A stretch of 64,000 nt of DNA, taken from contig CAWEKI010000010.1 of the NCBI GenBank assembly GCA_963809695.1, positions 606,225 to 670,224 on the forward strand. The letters run 5' to 3'. Source of the stretch: an uncultured Bacteroidota bacterium (GTDB lineage: Bacteria; Bacteroidota; Ignavibacteria; UBA10030; UBA6906). Positions 44,987-54,025 of the stretch are shown here, one piece after another. Below the pieces are notes generated by a model that was given only the letters and a program-made list of their open reading frames with translations, did no database searches and was not told the DNA's origin. Numbering within the stretch: position 1 is the stretch's first letter; the number at the start of each line of letters is the position of its first letter. The translations under genes were made by a program, and so were the position numbers.

Positions 44987-46735
44987 CTAACTGATATTCT
45001 CCGGAATATCCACGATCTGATCGAAACGCAAATTGCTCCAGCCTTCACCCTTACCCGCTTCCTTGTCCCGGCCGACCCACAGGTAAGTCACCCCATTGAG
45101 CCACCGTGCGCGCTGAAACGAACGGCGCACAATCATGCCGGCCTTAGGGATCTCCACTTCATCCAGATAATAGGGCGCTGGCTTTTCCGTCAGGATCACG
45201 CCCTGGGCGCCTTTGGCCGCCGGCAACCGAGCACGCTGCAGACGAATCTCGCGGTTACTGCCCTGCATGTGGACCGGGATAAATGGAATCCAGTTGTCCG
45301 GTACCGTGGTGCCGGCCATATAGCGAATCTGCACGGTGTCATTCACCGGCACAAATGCCGGCGGTGGTGTGTCCTGGCGTGCCAGTTCATCACCGCTCAC
45401 GCCTTTACCCGCTTGCGAGGGCACTCGTTGCTCGACCGCCCACACGAGGTTGGCCATTTCATCGCGCAGGAAATTCACCTGCTCCAGCGGCGCACTGCTC
45501 AAGACCTTGGGTAAGGCGGGCGCCAGGTAAAACAAGTTGGTATTCTGTGTGCTATTGTTGGAATCCGTGAGATGGAACATCGCCCATCGCTGCCACTGGC
45601 TCTCGCTGCCGCGCCCGGCCGGACGGATCAGGGTGTGTTGACCGAACACGTCGGTGATGGTGATCCCTTTCATTTCACACAGGGTGTTGATATCCATGGG
45701 ATACGGCAGCATGAACCAGTCGTTGGAATATACCAGACCGAATTCCGCCAACAACAAATGCAACAGGCCGGTGGTACTGGTATCGATATGGCCAAAATCC
45801 GTCTGCTGCTCTTCCATCATCCAGAAGCGCGGATTGGGCATGCCTTTGAACGAGATCGGCGCCGGAATGAACGACACGAAGTTTTCCACCACACTCGCAT
45901 TGCGTGGCTCGCTGCCGAGCGTCACGCGGTTGTCGAGGTCAAAGCTGTACCAATCCACATGCCCGGTGAAATATTGATTCGCGGTAAGGCGCATTTGGGT
46001 CGGTGTCGAAGAAGCCAAGGCAAACTGATACTCCAGTTTCTCCGGTAACCACGCGCTGCCCTTGGGGGCAGACAGATCGTAGGTGCGGGTGATCCAATCC
46101 TGATAGTCTGTGGCAATCTGTGTGAACAGTTGTTGATCCCCGTTCGGAATGCCTTCATCCGTCATCCACTGATCGAACAGTGTGCCCGTGCCGTTGTCGG
46201 TCGTCATCGCGACGTAGACTTGATAACCATCGAACAGGTTGACTTGCACCGCCGTCAGTAACTGCCCGCCCTCCGCGTCATGCTTATCGATGGTGGGGTT
46301 AAGCGGATACTGGATCACCAGTTTGTCGCGGTAGCCTGCGAGTCCCTTATCTCGCATCAGGCGCAGGAAATAGCGCGCCAGTTGTGTTGCCAAAAACAGA
46401 TCTTCTTTCAACGTCTCCCGCTCCACCTGCACTTCCAACGGGATGTTCTCGTTATAGCCAAACACCTGATTATCGGGAAAACTGATCCGATCCAGGCTCG
46501 TGTGTTCGCCCAGGATCTGCGCCGTCACCGGCGAGCCGGCGTCTTCGCCCTTGAATTCACCGAACTGCCATTGGCGTGTGAGCATCCACAAGGGATCGCG
46601 GATCTCCGCCTTTAGGCTGCGGGTAAAATCCGTACTACGCGGGCTGACCTCCAGGCGGTTATACGCGGTAATCGAGGCAATCCGGTATTCCTTCAGTGCC
46701 ACCGCCTGTAAAACGCTCTCGACGATTTTTGCCAT
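44987..46735 (-). CDS. Giant-operon gene 2: 582-aa protein of unknown function
   Basis: ATG start 19 nt after the stop of gene 1. It is rich in conserved-looking aromatic motifs (RDPLWMLTRQWQFGEFKGEDAGSP, NPRFWMMEEQQTDFGHID, YSNDWFMLPYP), but I can name no family. Confidence 0.8.
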   Translation of the reverse strand: MAKIVESVLQAVALKEYRIASITAYNRLEVSPRSTDFTRSLKAEIRDPLWMLTRQWQFGEFKGEDAGSPVTAQILGEHTSLDRISFPDNQVFGYNENIPLEVQVERETLKEDLFLATQLARYFLRLMRDKGLAGYRDKLVIQYPLNPTIDKHDAEGGQLLTAVQVNLFDGYQVYVAMTTDNGTGTLFDQWMTDEGIPNGDQQLFTQIATDYQDWITRTYDLSAPKGSAWLPEKLEYQFALASSTPTQMRLTANQYFTGHVDWYSFDLDNRVTLGSEPRNASVVENFVSFIPAPISFKGMPNPRFWMMEEQQTDFGHIDTSTTGLLHLLLAEFGLVYSNDWFMLPYPMDINTLCEMKGITITDVFGQHTLIRPAGRGSESQWQRWAMFHLTDSNNSTQNTNLFYLAPALPKVLSSAPLEQVNFLRDEMANLVWAVEQRVPSQAGKGVSGDELARQDTPPPAFVPVNDTVQIRYMAGTTVPDNWIPFIPVHMQGSNREIRLQRARLPAAKGAQGVILTEKPAPYYLDEVEIPKAGMIVRRSFQRARWLNGVTYLWVGRDKEAGKGEGWSNLRFDQIVDIPENIS

Positions 46736-46754
46736 GGTCGTTGTTATCCGCTGC

Positions 46755-49700
46755 TCAAGTGGGAGTAAATTGCATGGCCGCCTTCACAGGGGCGTTCTCA
46801 TATACAAAAGGAATAGTGAGACGATAATCCAAGGCCACGCTCAGATCGTATTGAGAAAAGTCTGCCAGGATCGCCGGGAGCAACACTCCAACCTCGGCCT
46901 TATCCAGGGTGTCGAGCAATTGCGGTTCGACCGCGCGCAACTTGGCACGCAGCAGGGTGTCATTTAGAATGCCGACGAGATCGTCCCAGGTCCAGTGACC
47001 TTTCAAGTTGGGTGGGACCGCCAGCAACAGAGCCTGCGGTGGCGTCACATTGGGTTGATCGTAATTAAATGCGATGCCAGAGGTCTGCTTGCGCGTGGGG
47101 ATGTCTTCGGTCCAATCGTCGATGAGCAAGCCACATTGAGCGGCGGCGGGAACAAACGCCGCATTGCCGTGGATAGTGATCGACAGCGTATCGTGTTCGA
47201 TATTGAACGGTTGGGTCGGATCCAACGGATCGGTTATGGGAAACTCCACCGCCAACCAACTGTCACCCGCACGATACGGCAACTGGATGGGCAACAGGCT
47301 AAGGCGGTCGGCGTTGAACCATTCGTAGAAAGACAGGATATAGTCCCAGCGCGACAGGTTATTGCGCACATGCGCGACACTCTGCAGCCACTCTTCCGCC
47401 GGGTAATGCATGTGCAGCGCATTCGTCGCGTGCTGCAATAACTGTGCGCGGTCGCCATGCGAGAGTTGAATGTCCGCCTCATTGTTATACATGAAATGTG
47501 GCAACAGGCTAAACATTTCACCCATGAGCGCCTTGCCGGCGGCAAGATACAGCTCGACTTGTTTCGCCGTTTCCGTGGCGGCGCTCGCCTGCGTCAGCAA
47601 GTCACTCGCGGTCGCGGCGGCCACGCCCATGCGATGTGAGACACCCATGGCCTGATCCAACAACAGCGATTTACTCTGCGCATCAGGTAGCTCCCGTTGC
47701 AGAGGAAAGGCATCGGGCAAACCGTGCGACGAGATGGCCAGCAACTGAGTCTGTAACCACAGGGCGTCGCCATCGGCAAAGGTGAAGCTGATATCAGCAA
47801 AGCTCAGATGTGCGACTGACAGCGCGTCGAAAGCCGCGGACAGGCTGAAGTAATGCAAGTCATTGCCATCCTTGTCCGGGACGACGGCATTGATGGAATA
47901 GATGTTTAGGTCGGAGAGCAAAGTCGTGAACGTTGATTGGAAACCCTGTACCCGTCCGAGCAACTCCGCGGCTAAATAGCCTTGCGGATTGGTCTTGTCC
48001 ACCACACGTTGTTTGGAAGGCGGATCGTAATCCTGCGCGTGCAAGGGCCGCGCGTCGGTGATCACGGTCTTCAACATCCGCAGGTAAGGTAACATTTTGC
48101 CCAGGGTCCGTTTGTCCGCGGGTTGCAGGAACTCGACGCGCACTGTAATCGTACCATCCAGATTATTCTTCTCTCGGTAGTACCAGGCGATACGTGACTC
48201 CAGTTCGGAGGCGGATGTTTTGTTTTCCATGCCGGGCTGCACGGCGCCGGTATTCAATTCCTCGCCGACCAGGTACGCCAGATCGATGGGCTGCAGGGCA
48301 AGCTTGTCAATGGTGATGTCTTCGCTGCCGGTGAGATTGCCGTGAGCGTCCAGTTGCGAGACGCGGCAGTACACGTTGTTAGGTTGCCCGAGCATCTTAC
48401 CGAGCCAGGCATTCAAACCCGGTTCGACACGCGCGCGCGGACTCATGGCAATCGGGCTCCACGGATTGCTGGCGGTGGCATCCGGGTCCAGAAGTTCGAA
48501 CTGCACCGCCACACGTTGAGTGAACGTGAATTGGCGGCTGCGTGGTGTATTGATAATATCGATCTCGGGCGGGATATTGGATTCCTGCAAGGCATTGACC
48601 ACGGCCGCGGCCCGATCGAAATTGCCTTGCACCAATTGATACACGCTTTCGCTCTGTAGAAGGTCTTTGACCGCATCCAGTGAATCACTCAGGCGATCCT
48701 TCTCCTGGCGTATCGCCTGTCGTTCAGCGGCGCTTGCACTGGCTACGGCACCGGCGGCGCCATAGGGCACATTGCCGCTGGCTTCCGCCAACTTCACCCC
48801 GTTGACGACGCTATTGGGTGGCACACTCTCGTGCGGCCCATCACTACCCTGCTGCTTCAGATAATGTTGTTCCAGAGGATACTTATCGCGAAAATCGTAA
48901 ATGTATTCATTCAACTTGATCAGGTTGATGTCCGCGGAGGCGGTGTCATGTAGACCACGTTCGAACTGGTAACCGAGCAGCGCCTCCAGTGACTGGCCGT
49001 TGTGGATGCCTTGCAGGATAAACAAGGCACGGCGAATCCGTTCCGAGGACAAGTTAACCGACATGCGATCTGGCTCACTGCTTTGCGCATCACTCAAATA
49101 GCCCGCCCGTAACACCGCCGCTGCCGAAGCCTGATTCAGTGAGGGTGCATGAACAAAACCGCCGTTATTGGTGTATTCGTACAAGGCCTCGCCCTTCGGC
49201 GGCATGAGTTTGTCCGGCATCCCACCGCGCACCAATTGCGGACGCACACCCGGTTTTAGATTTTCCACCCAGCCATAAGCACCGAGATATATGCCCTTGC
49301 TTCGATGATCGCGTTGCTCGCCTTGATTGCCCTCTCCTTCGCGCAACCCAACCAAAGGCGGGTGACGCAAGTGCTCGAGTCGTACGCCAAACATCGCGCT
49401 CTGCCAACTATCGAGGCGATAGGTGCAGGTATCGAGGTGCTCGGTGAAACAGCGTTCGAGGCGTCCGGTGGGCAAACTCGCCAGTGTTTTAATTGCCGCG
49501 CGGATCTCATTAAGGTAGGTGGCCTCAGTTTGATTTCTACCTGAGGTCAGCAGGTACTCCGCCACCGGTTTTGCATTATCCGGGTGTCCGGGCACCGCGA
49601 CCGCCACCTTGGCCTTCATGGTTTCCCACTTGGTCAAGCTGATCTCCGGACGAATATTGTAGACATTCGCAACTTCGAGGGTGGGCGTGACATCGATGTT

Positions 49701-52178
49701 GTTGTGCATGAACCAGTTGACGGAGCTCTTGTGCAATTGGAGCAACAACGCACGGCGCAACTTGAGGTAAAGCAAAGTGTTGGGTGCCTTGACGCCGGGA
49801 CCGAAATCCTGTTTCTCCAGCGCGTCGATGGATTGCGCCTCCGCCAACCAATCCAGATAATTCTTTTTAGCGGCTCCATCGTAATAGCGGATCAGATCCT
49901 TTTCCGAGAGCGGTACCGCGTCGATTAGATTGTTGGCATCCAGCGTGGTGTGGTAATGCTGATATAGAATACGCAGCAGCTGCGGAACGCGTAGATTTCC
50001 TTGGGCATCGGTCAGATTATACCCGAGTGGACTGAGAAAATTCAGAACGTTGTTCTTGCTACCGAAACTCTGGTGCATGTCATCGTAGTAACGACCGCCA
50101 TACTGGAAGTCATCCAGATTCCGCAGATAGTCCGTGCTGTAACCGATGCGCGCGGCGAACGACGCCGACCCAGGCTGCAAACCCAGCACGTCCATCAACA
50201 CCGCGGCGGGATCGCTCTCGGTGCCGGGCTTGCCGACATAGTTCAGTTGCCCGAGCACACTCAGCCAGATCGCGTGGTATTTTCCAAGCACTTGCTGCAT
50301 GGTGTAGAGAAAGCCAGGATTTATCTGATTCTCCTGCTTGGACCACGCCCACTGTGCAAAATTACTGGTGAGCAGGACGCCATAGGGTTGGTTACCAACG
50401 CGGATGGCGGGTAGCGGACCACGGCCGCTAACGCGTTGCACAAAAAACTCACGCAAGGTCTCCTGGGCCGCCTCACTCAAGACCGGTTGCATCAAGGTGT
50501 CAAAGTAATAACCCAACGTCGCCTGATACAATGCCGTGTTCATCGCGATGGCTTCGCGCCGATCCGTGGCATCACTGTTATGAACGTGCTGGAGCGGTGC
50601 ATACTCGATACCAAGGGCATCAGCAAGATAGCGCCCGTCAGTATCATCGCCTGCATTGAACAGCGGGACACCGGTCTCGGTGAAATAACTGATGTTATTG
50701 AACTGATCGTTCTTAGTATATCCCGAGCCACTGTCATTGGTGTTGTTGGTGGCCGTACCCTGGCGCACGAGGCTGAAGCCTTTAGGCGAGTAATGGTGGT
50801 TGTCGATTAGAGTTTCCAACGCCGTCTTGCTGTCAGTGGCACCAGCGGACAAGGAGAGGCCCATGACCAAGACTTTGCTGAAGCCGTTCAGCGACTGTTG
50901 CGCTGTAAGCGGGATCTTGAAACCCATGCCAAGCGACACCGCCTTGAGAAAATCCGAGGTCCAGTCGAATGATTCACCGAACAGCAGCTTATCATTCACA
51001 TTCACAAAGGCCTCGTCTTCTTCCAACGGATCCGGCCCGACAAACAACTCATCCGGCACCTGCTGACCCACGACTTCATGGACGAGCGTTTCCCCTTCAT
51101 ATAACATCACCACAAATTTATCCGGCAGCACCGTGGTGCGCGGCGCGCGACTCCAGGCGGAAGTCTTGGTGAGATCATGTGTCGGAAATATCGGTTCGAT
51201 TGCAGCCGCAAGGTGATCCCAATTCGTCGGGTTGGTCTGACCCGCAACATAGGCAGCCCGTTGCGCACCGAACTGTGTCACCATCTCCGTCCACGCCGCC
51301 TTCCTGGTGTCTTCCGCGTTCGGCCCGCCGGCCAACGTGGCATCCCACAACGCGCGCCAATACTTCTCACCTTCATCCACTTCTTGATCGGATAACACGT
51401 CTTCGTGAGTGTGAATTGCGATGTCGTCGGGATAAATTCGCAGCCACAGTTCTGGTGACTTGAGCCCGGTCATGAAACGCGTTTCGATCCGCACGGGCAT
51501 CAATAAAAATGGCGTGCCATCCCCCAGATTCGGTACGAGATCGCGCGGCGCGACATCGCCATAGAGTTGCGCAATGGCGGCATCGACAGCATCCCGGCTC
51601 GCTTTCAGGCGCTGCTTTGCTTCCTGGTATGAACCCTGGTCTGCTACCGCCGCGCTCGGGGCAGTGCCACTTGCCTGCGGCGTGGTGCGCAGACGGGCCT
51701 GCAGTTTGCTGGTCTGGCTGGCGATTGTTTCACGGAGTGTCGTGCGTGACGATTCGAGTTGTGAGCGTTGTTTGTCGGCCTTGCTTAGCTGTTGCCGCAG
51801 GGTGTCGAGTGTCTTGGCCGTTTTCTTATGTTCTTGTTGCAGGGTCTTCTGCGCAGAGTGAAGGTCAAAGGTCTTGAGTTGTTGTTGGATAAAACTCAGT
51901 CGCGTCTCTGCTGCCGCGACTCTCCCCGGTAAGCTGGCCAATGCGCTGAGTTCCAGAGTCAGTTGCTGTAATCGGCCGGTATTATCAGCGAGTTGATTTT
52001 TGAGTTCGAGAATGCGACTGGGATCGGCGGGGAGAACGGTTTGCTGTTTTATGCGCTTCGCCTGGGCGGTCTGATCTTTACGCAGCCGGAGCTGGATGGC
52101 ATATAGTTGCTGATCACGCGACGCCCGTTCATTACGTAATGTGGCTATTCGCTGTAAACGTTCATCCCAAATCGACAT
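46755..52178 (-). CDS. Giant-operon gene 1: 1807-aa protein of unknown function with an N-terminal ~190-aa coiled coil
   Basis: ATG at 52178. Residues 1-~190 are heptad-like and Q/L/R/K/T-rich (..LRNERASRDQQLYAIQLRLRKDQTAQAKRIKQQ..LQQEHKKTAKTLDTLRQQLSKADKQRSQLE..). The remainder has no Walker A motif, HExxH motif, internal repeats or TM segments by eye. Confidence 0.85.
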   Translation of the reverse strand: MSIWDERLQRIATLRNERASRDQQLYAIQLRLRKDQTAQAKRIKQQTVLPADPSRILELKNQLADNTGRLQQLTLELSALASLPGRVAAAETRLSFIQQQLKTFDLHSAQKTLQQEHKKTAKTLDTLRQQLSKADKQRSQLESSRTTLRETIASQTSKLQARLRTTPQASGTAPSAAVADQGSYQEAKQRLKASRDAVDAAIAQLYGDVAPRDLVPNLGDGTPFLLMPVRIETRFMTGLKSPELWLRIYPDDIAIHTHEDVLSDQEVDEGEKYWRALWDATLAGGPNAEDTRKAAWTEMVTQFGAQRAAYVAGQTNPTNWDHLAAAIEPIFPTHDLTKTSAWSRAPRTTVLPDKFVVMLYEGETLVHEVVGQQVPDELFVGPDPLEEDEAFVNVNDKLLFGESFDWTSDFLKAVSLGMGFKIPLTAQQSLNGFSKVLVMGLSLSAGATDSKTALETLIDNHHYSPKGFSLVRQGTATNNTNDSGSGYTKNDQFNNISYFTETGVPLFNAGDDTDGRYLADALGIEYAPLQHVHNSDATDRREAIAMNTALYQATLGYYFDTLMQPVLSEAAQETLREFFVQRVSGRGPLPAIRVGNQPYGVLLTSNFAQWAWSKQENQINPGFLYTMQQVLGKYHAIWLSVLGQLNYVGKPGTESDPAAVLMDVLGLQPGSASFAARIGYSTDYLRNLDDFQYGGRYYDDMHQSFGSKNNVLNFLSPLGYNLTDAQGNLRVPQLLRILYQHYHTTLDANNLIDAVPLSEKDLIRYYDGAAKKNYLDWLAEAQSIDALEKQDFGPGVKAPNTLLYLKLRRALLLQLHKSSVNWFMHNNIDVTPTLEVANVYNIRPEISLTKWETMKAKVAVAVPGHPDNAKPVAEYLLTSGRNQTEATYLNEIRAAIKTLASLPTGRLERCFTEHLDTCTYRLDSWQSAMFGVRLEHLRHPPLVGLREGEGNQGEQRDHRSKGIYLGAYGWVENLKPGVRPQLVRGGMPDKLMPPKGEALYEYTNNGGFVHAPSLNQASAAAVLRAGYLSDAQSSEPDRMSVNLSSERIRRALFILQGIHNGQSLEALLGYQFERGLHDTASADINLIKLNEYIYDFRDKYPLEQHYLKQQGSDGPHESVPPNSVVNGVKLAEASGNVPYGAAGAVASASAAERQAIRQEKDRLSDSLDAVKDLLQSESVYQLVQGNFDRAAAVVNALQESNIPPEIDIINTPRSRQFTFTQRVAVQFELLDPDATASNPWSPIAMSPRARVEPGLNAWLGKMLGQPNNVYCRVSQLDAHGNLTGSEDITIDKLALQPIDLAYLVGEELNTGAVQPGMENKTSASELESRIAWYYREKNNLDGTITVRVEFLQPADKRTLGKMLPYLRMLKTVITDARPLHAQDYDPPSKQRVVDKTNPQGYLAAELLGRVQGFQSTFTTLLSDLNIYSINAVVPDKDGNDLHYFSLSAAFDALSVAHLSFADISFTFADGDALWLQTQLLAISSHGLPDAFPLQRELPDAQSKSLLLDQAMGVSHRMGVAAATASDLLTQASAATETAKQVELYLAAGKALMGEMFSLLPHFMYNNEADIQLSHGDRAQLLQHATNALHMHYPAEEWLQSVAHVRNNLSRWDYILSFYEWFNADRLSLLPIQLPYRAGDSWLAVEFPITDPLDPTQPFNIEHDTLSITIHGNAAFVPAAAQCGLLIDDWTEDIPTRKQTSGIAFNYDQPNVTPPQALLLAVPPNLKGHWTWDDLVGILNDTLLRAKLRAVEPQLLDTLDKAEVGVLLPAILADFSQYDLSVALDYRLTIPFVYENAPVKAAMQFTPT

Positions 52179-52367
52179 TGTTTTCGCCTTTGCTAATTGG
52201 GTCCAAACGTGCCGGGCAGGTCAACGATAGATAATGTCTCGCGCATAAATGATTGACTCGAAGTGATATTGCTACACATGGTCTGACGGACTCCTCTCCC
52301 CTTCGAGTATTTCTGTCAACGTGTATCCCGAGGCACAGCAGCTCCTAAGACTTTTAAAAAATATAGA

Positions 52368-52736
52368 TCATACATTGACTAACCGGGTACACATCCTTTT
52401 GTTTCGGTGTCGGATGGTGAACAGCCCAATCGAGATGTAGTGGTCGACAACAGATTCATGAGGGAATGCATTAACTAAGAGCTGCTGGTCGTGGGTGAAC
52501 GAGGATTCAGAAGTAAAGACACGGTATTTCTCTGGATTAGGGACCCGTCGCGAACTGTAGTCTAGCGCCTGGCAACAAAACCTGATATCCGGGTCGCTAT
52601 CCAAGATGTCAAGTTGCTCGGCCGCAAACTCCGATCTTTTCCATCGTTGTGCGGGAGAATATTTCCGGAGGCCAAAGGCAAACCCACAAAGCCCGATGAG
52701 AGCCGCAGCCAGCTCGATATAGTCCTTCGGTTCCAT
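52368..52736 (-). CDS. Small hypothetical protein with an N-terminal TM helix, 189 nt upstream of the giant operon
   Basis: 122 aa with an AAGGGAG RBS and a TM helix, YIELAAALIGLCGFAFGL. It is on the same strand as the operon. Its relationship to the operon is unknown. Confidence 0.5.
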   Translation of the reverse strand: MEPKDYIELAAALIGLCGFAFGLRKYSPAQRWKRSEFAAEQLDILDSDPDIRFCCQALDYSSRRVPNPEKYRVFTSESSFTHDQQLLVNAFPHESVVDHYISIGLFTIRHRNKRMCTRLVNV

Positions 52737-53498
52737 TCGAAGCTCCCTTGTAGCCTAAGTGCAGGAGTAGCACAACTTTGTTGGAGCAGATTCAGCGTCA
52801 TGAACGCCAGCTCGCGGTAGAGCTAGAATCACACTGCCCCCTTGCACGGAAGGGATACATCGAGCGGAAAAGGAGGAAAGTCTAGCAAAGCGCGGTATTC
52901 ACCCCTCATGCTCAAATCCTTCTATTGCGGGGAAACACTAGATTATTGCGAAAGTTCCCAAGGGGGACAATTTCCGAATTTTCCCAAAAATTCCCGCATT
53001 TCAAGGTCAAGACTTAATATTCTGTCCGTCTCCGTTGGAAGAGGGGATTGGGAATGGCTGAGTTTGGCCTGTTCGACGGGTACCCGTCGATTCTTGAGTT
53101 CTAGGATCTCAATCGATTAGCTCCAAGCGATCAGCGCGGTAATCCATTACCATGCAGGTTGGTATGGCTTTGTTTATAGGCGGTGAAGTAGCAGAATATT
53201 CCTTCTCAGCGCTGACCCCAGAACCTTTACACTTGATAGATATTTCCCCGTTTCTGGGAACTCTCATTCCCATTCCTCAGTTGACGCCTATGTAGCCCGC
53301 CATTCAGTCTCTATCAGGAACATACGGGGGACGCAAGATCAACATATGCCCGCACGAGCCAGCCATACGCCCGATTCAATCGTGCGCTGCAACTATTCTG
53401 CAAGCCCCCGCAGACCAAACTCATCCGCCATATCTGTGCAAGCATGGAAGAAGTTCCGGAGTATGCCGTGCGTAACCGGGAAAACACCGAGCGGGTTA

Positions 53499-53609
53499 TC
53501 AAGCTAGTGCCCCACCAACTATCATTTCCAATAAACGACGGGGCACAGTGCTCGCTCCAACTTGAACTCTGTCCGAGAATTCGTTGCAATTGAAAGTTGG
53601 AGCGGCACT
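53499..53609. repeat. Tandem pair of AGTGC(C/T)...GGCACT palindromic elements (copies A and B)
   Basis: Copy A pairs GTGCCCC (53507-53513) with GGGGCAC (53540-53546). Copy B pairs 53547-53563 with 53594-53609 (16 bp with one bulge). CTAGTGCCCC at 53504-53513 is identical to 57638-57647. Confidence 0.6.
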
Positions 53610-53689
53610 AGTCATGAAAATCCAGGGCGTCGATCCTCGTCGCGCTTTATGAATTCACAAAAGTCAAACAATACAAGCAGGTGATAACT

Positions 53690-53980
53690 ATGATCATCGT
53701 TCACGATATATTTGTGTGTAAGCCAGGGAACGCCTCGAAGCTCGCAAAGCTATTCAAAGAGGCGATGGCGAATGAAAAAAACGTAAGTATCATGACTGAC
53801 GTGACCGGCCAATACAACCGCGTTGTTATGGCAAGCTGGTATGAGAATCTTGCAGCTTGGGAAAAATCGACAGAGGCGTACATGAATCCCACTCCAGAGA
53901 TGAAAGTATCGATGGACAAGATGAAGGGGTATACTGAAATGTATCTTACCGGGTCGCGCGAGATCTATCGCACTTGGTAA
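53690..53980 (+). CDS. Small cytoplasmic protein of unknown function (~96 aa)
   Basis: An ATG at 53690 (MIIVHDIFVCKPGNASKLAKLFKEAM...) lies within ORF 53681..53980. A clean terminator follows. I cannot name a family. Confidence 0.55.
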   Translation: MIIVHDIFVCKPGNASKLAKLFKEAMANEKNVSIMTDVTGQYNRVVMASWYENLAAWEKSTEAYMNPTPEMKVSMDKMKGYTEMYLTGSREIYRTW

Positions 53981-54025
53981 GTGCCTGGTAAAAGTAGCAA
54001 AACTTCTCTGGTCAGCTATCAATTC

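Noticed and set aside
35618-52178. Giant operon read as a Tc/ABC insecticidal toxin, RHS/polymorphic toxin, contractile injection system or T6SS cluster.
   Set aside because: There are no YD/RHS repeats. There are no sheath-, tube-, baseplate- or spike-sized genes and no AAA+ ATPase. The C-termini do not resemble the TcA or TcB signatures I know. Proper profile searches could still reveal remote homology.
35618-52178. Giant operon read as a large anti-phage defence system (BREX, DISARM, Druantia or similar).
   Set aside because: By-eye scanning found no Walker A motif, helicase, methyltransferase, nuclease (PD-(D/E)xK or HNH) or Lon-type motifs. The phosphatase is PhoD-like, not PglZ-like. 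I saw no neighbouring defence or mobile-element genes.
52179-52367. Sigma-54- or sigma-70-type promoter calls immediately upstream of the 1807-aa gene (TTGACC...CCCAAT; TGGACCCAATTAGCA).
   Set aside because: The -10 match is poor. The sigma-54-like string has GG-N9-GC spacing and would start transcription at the ATG itself. The evidence is too weak to annotate.
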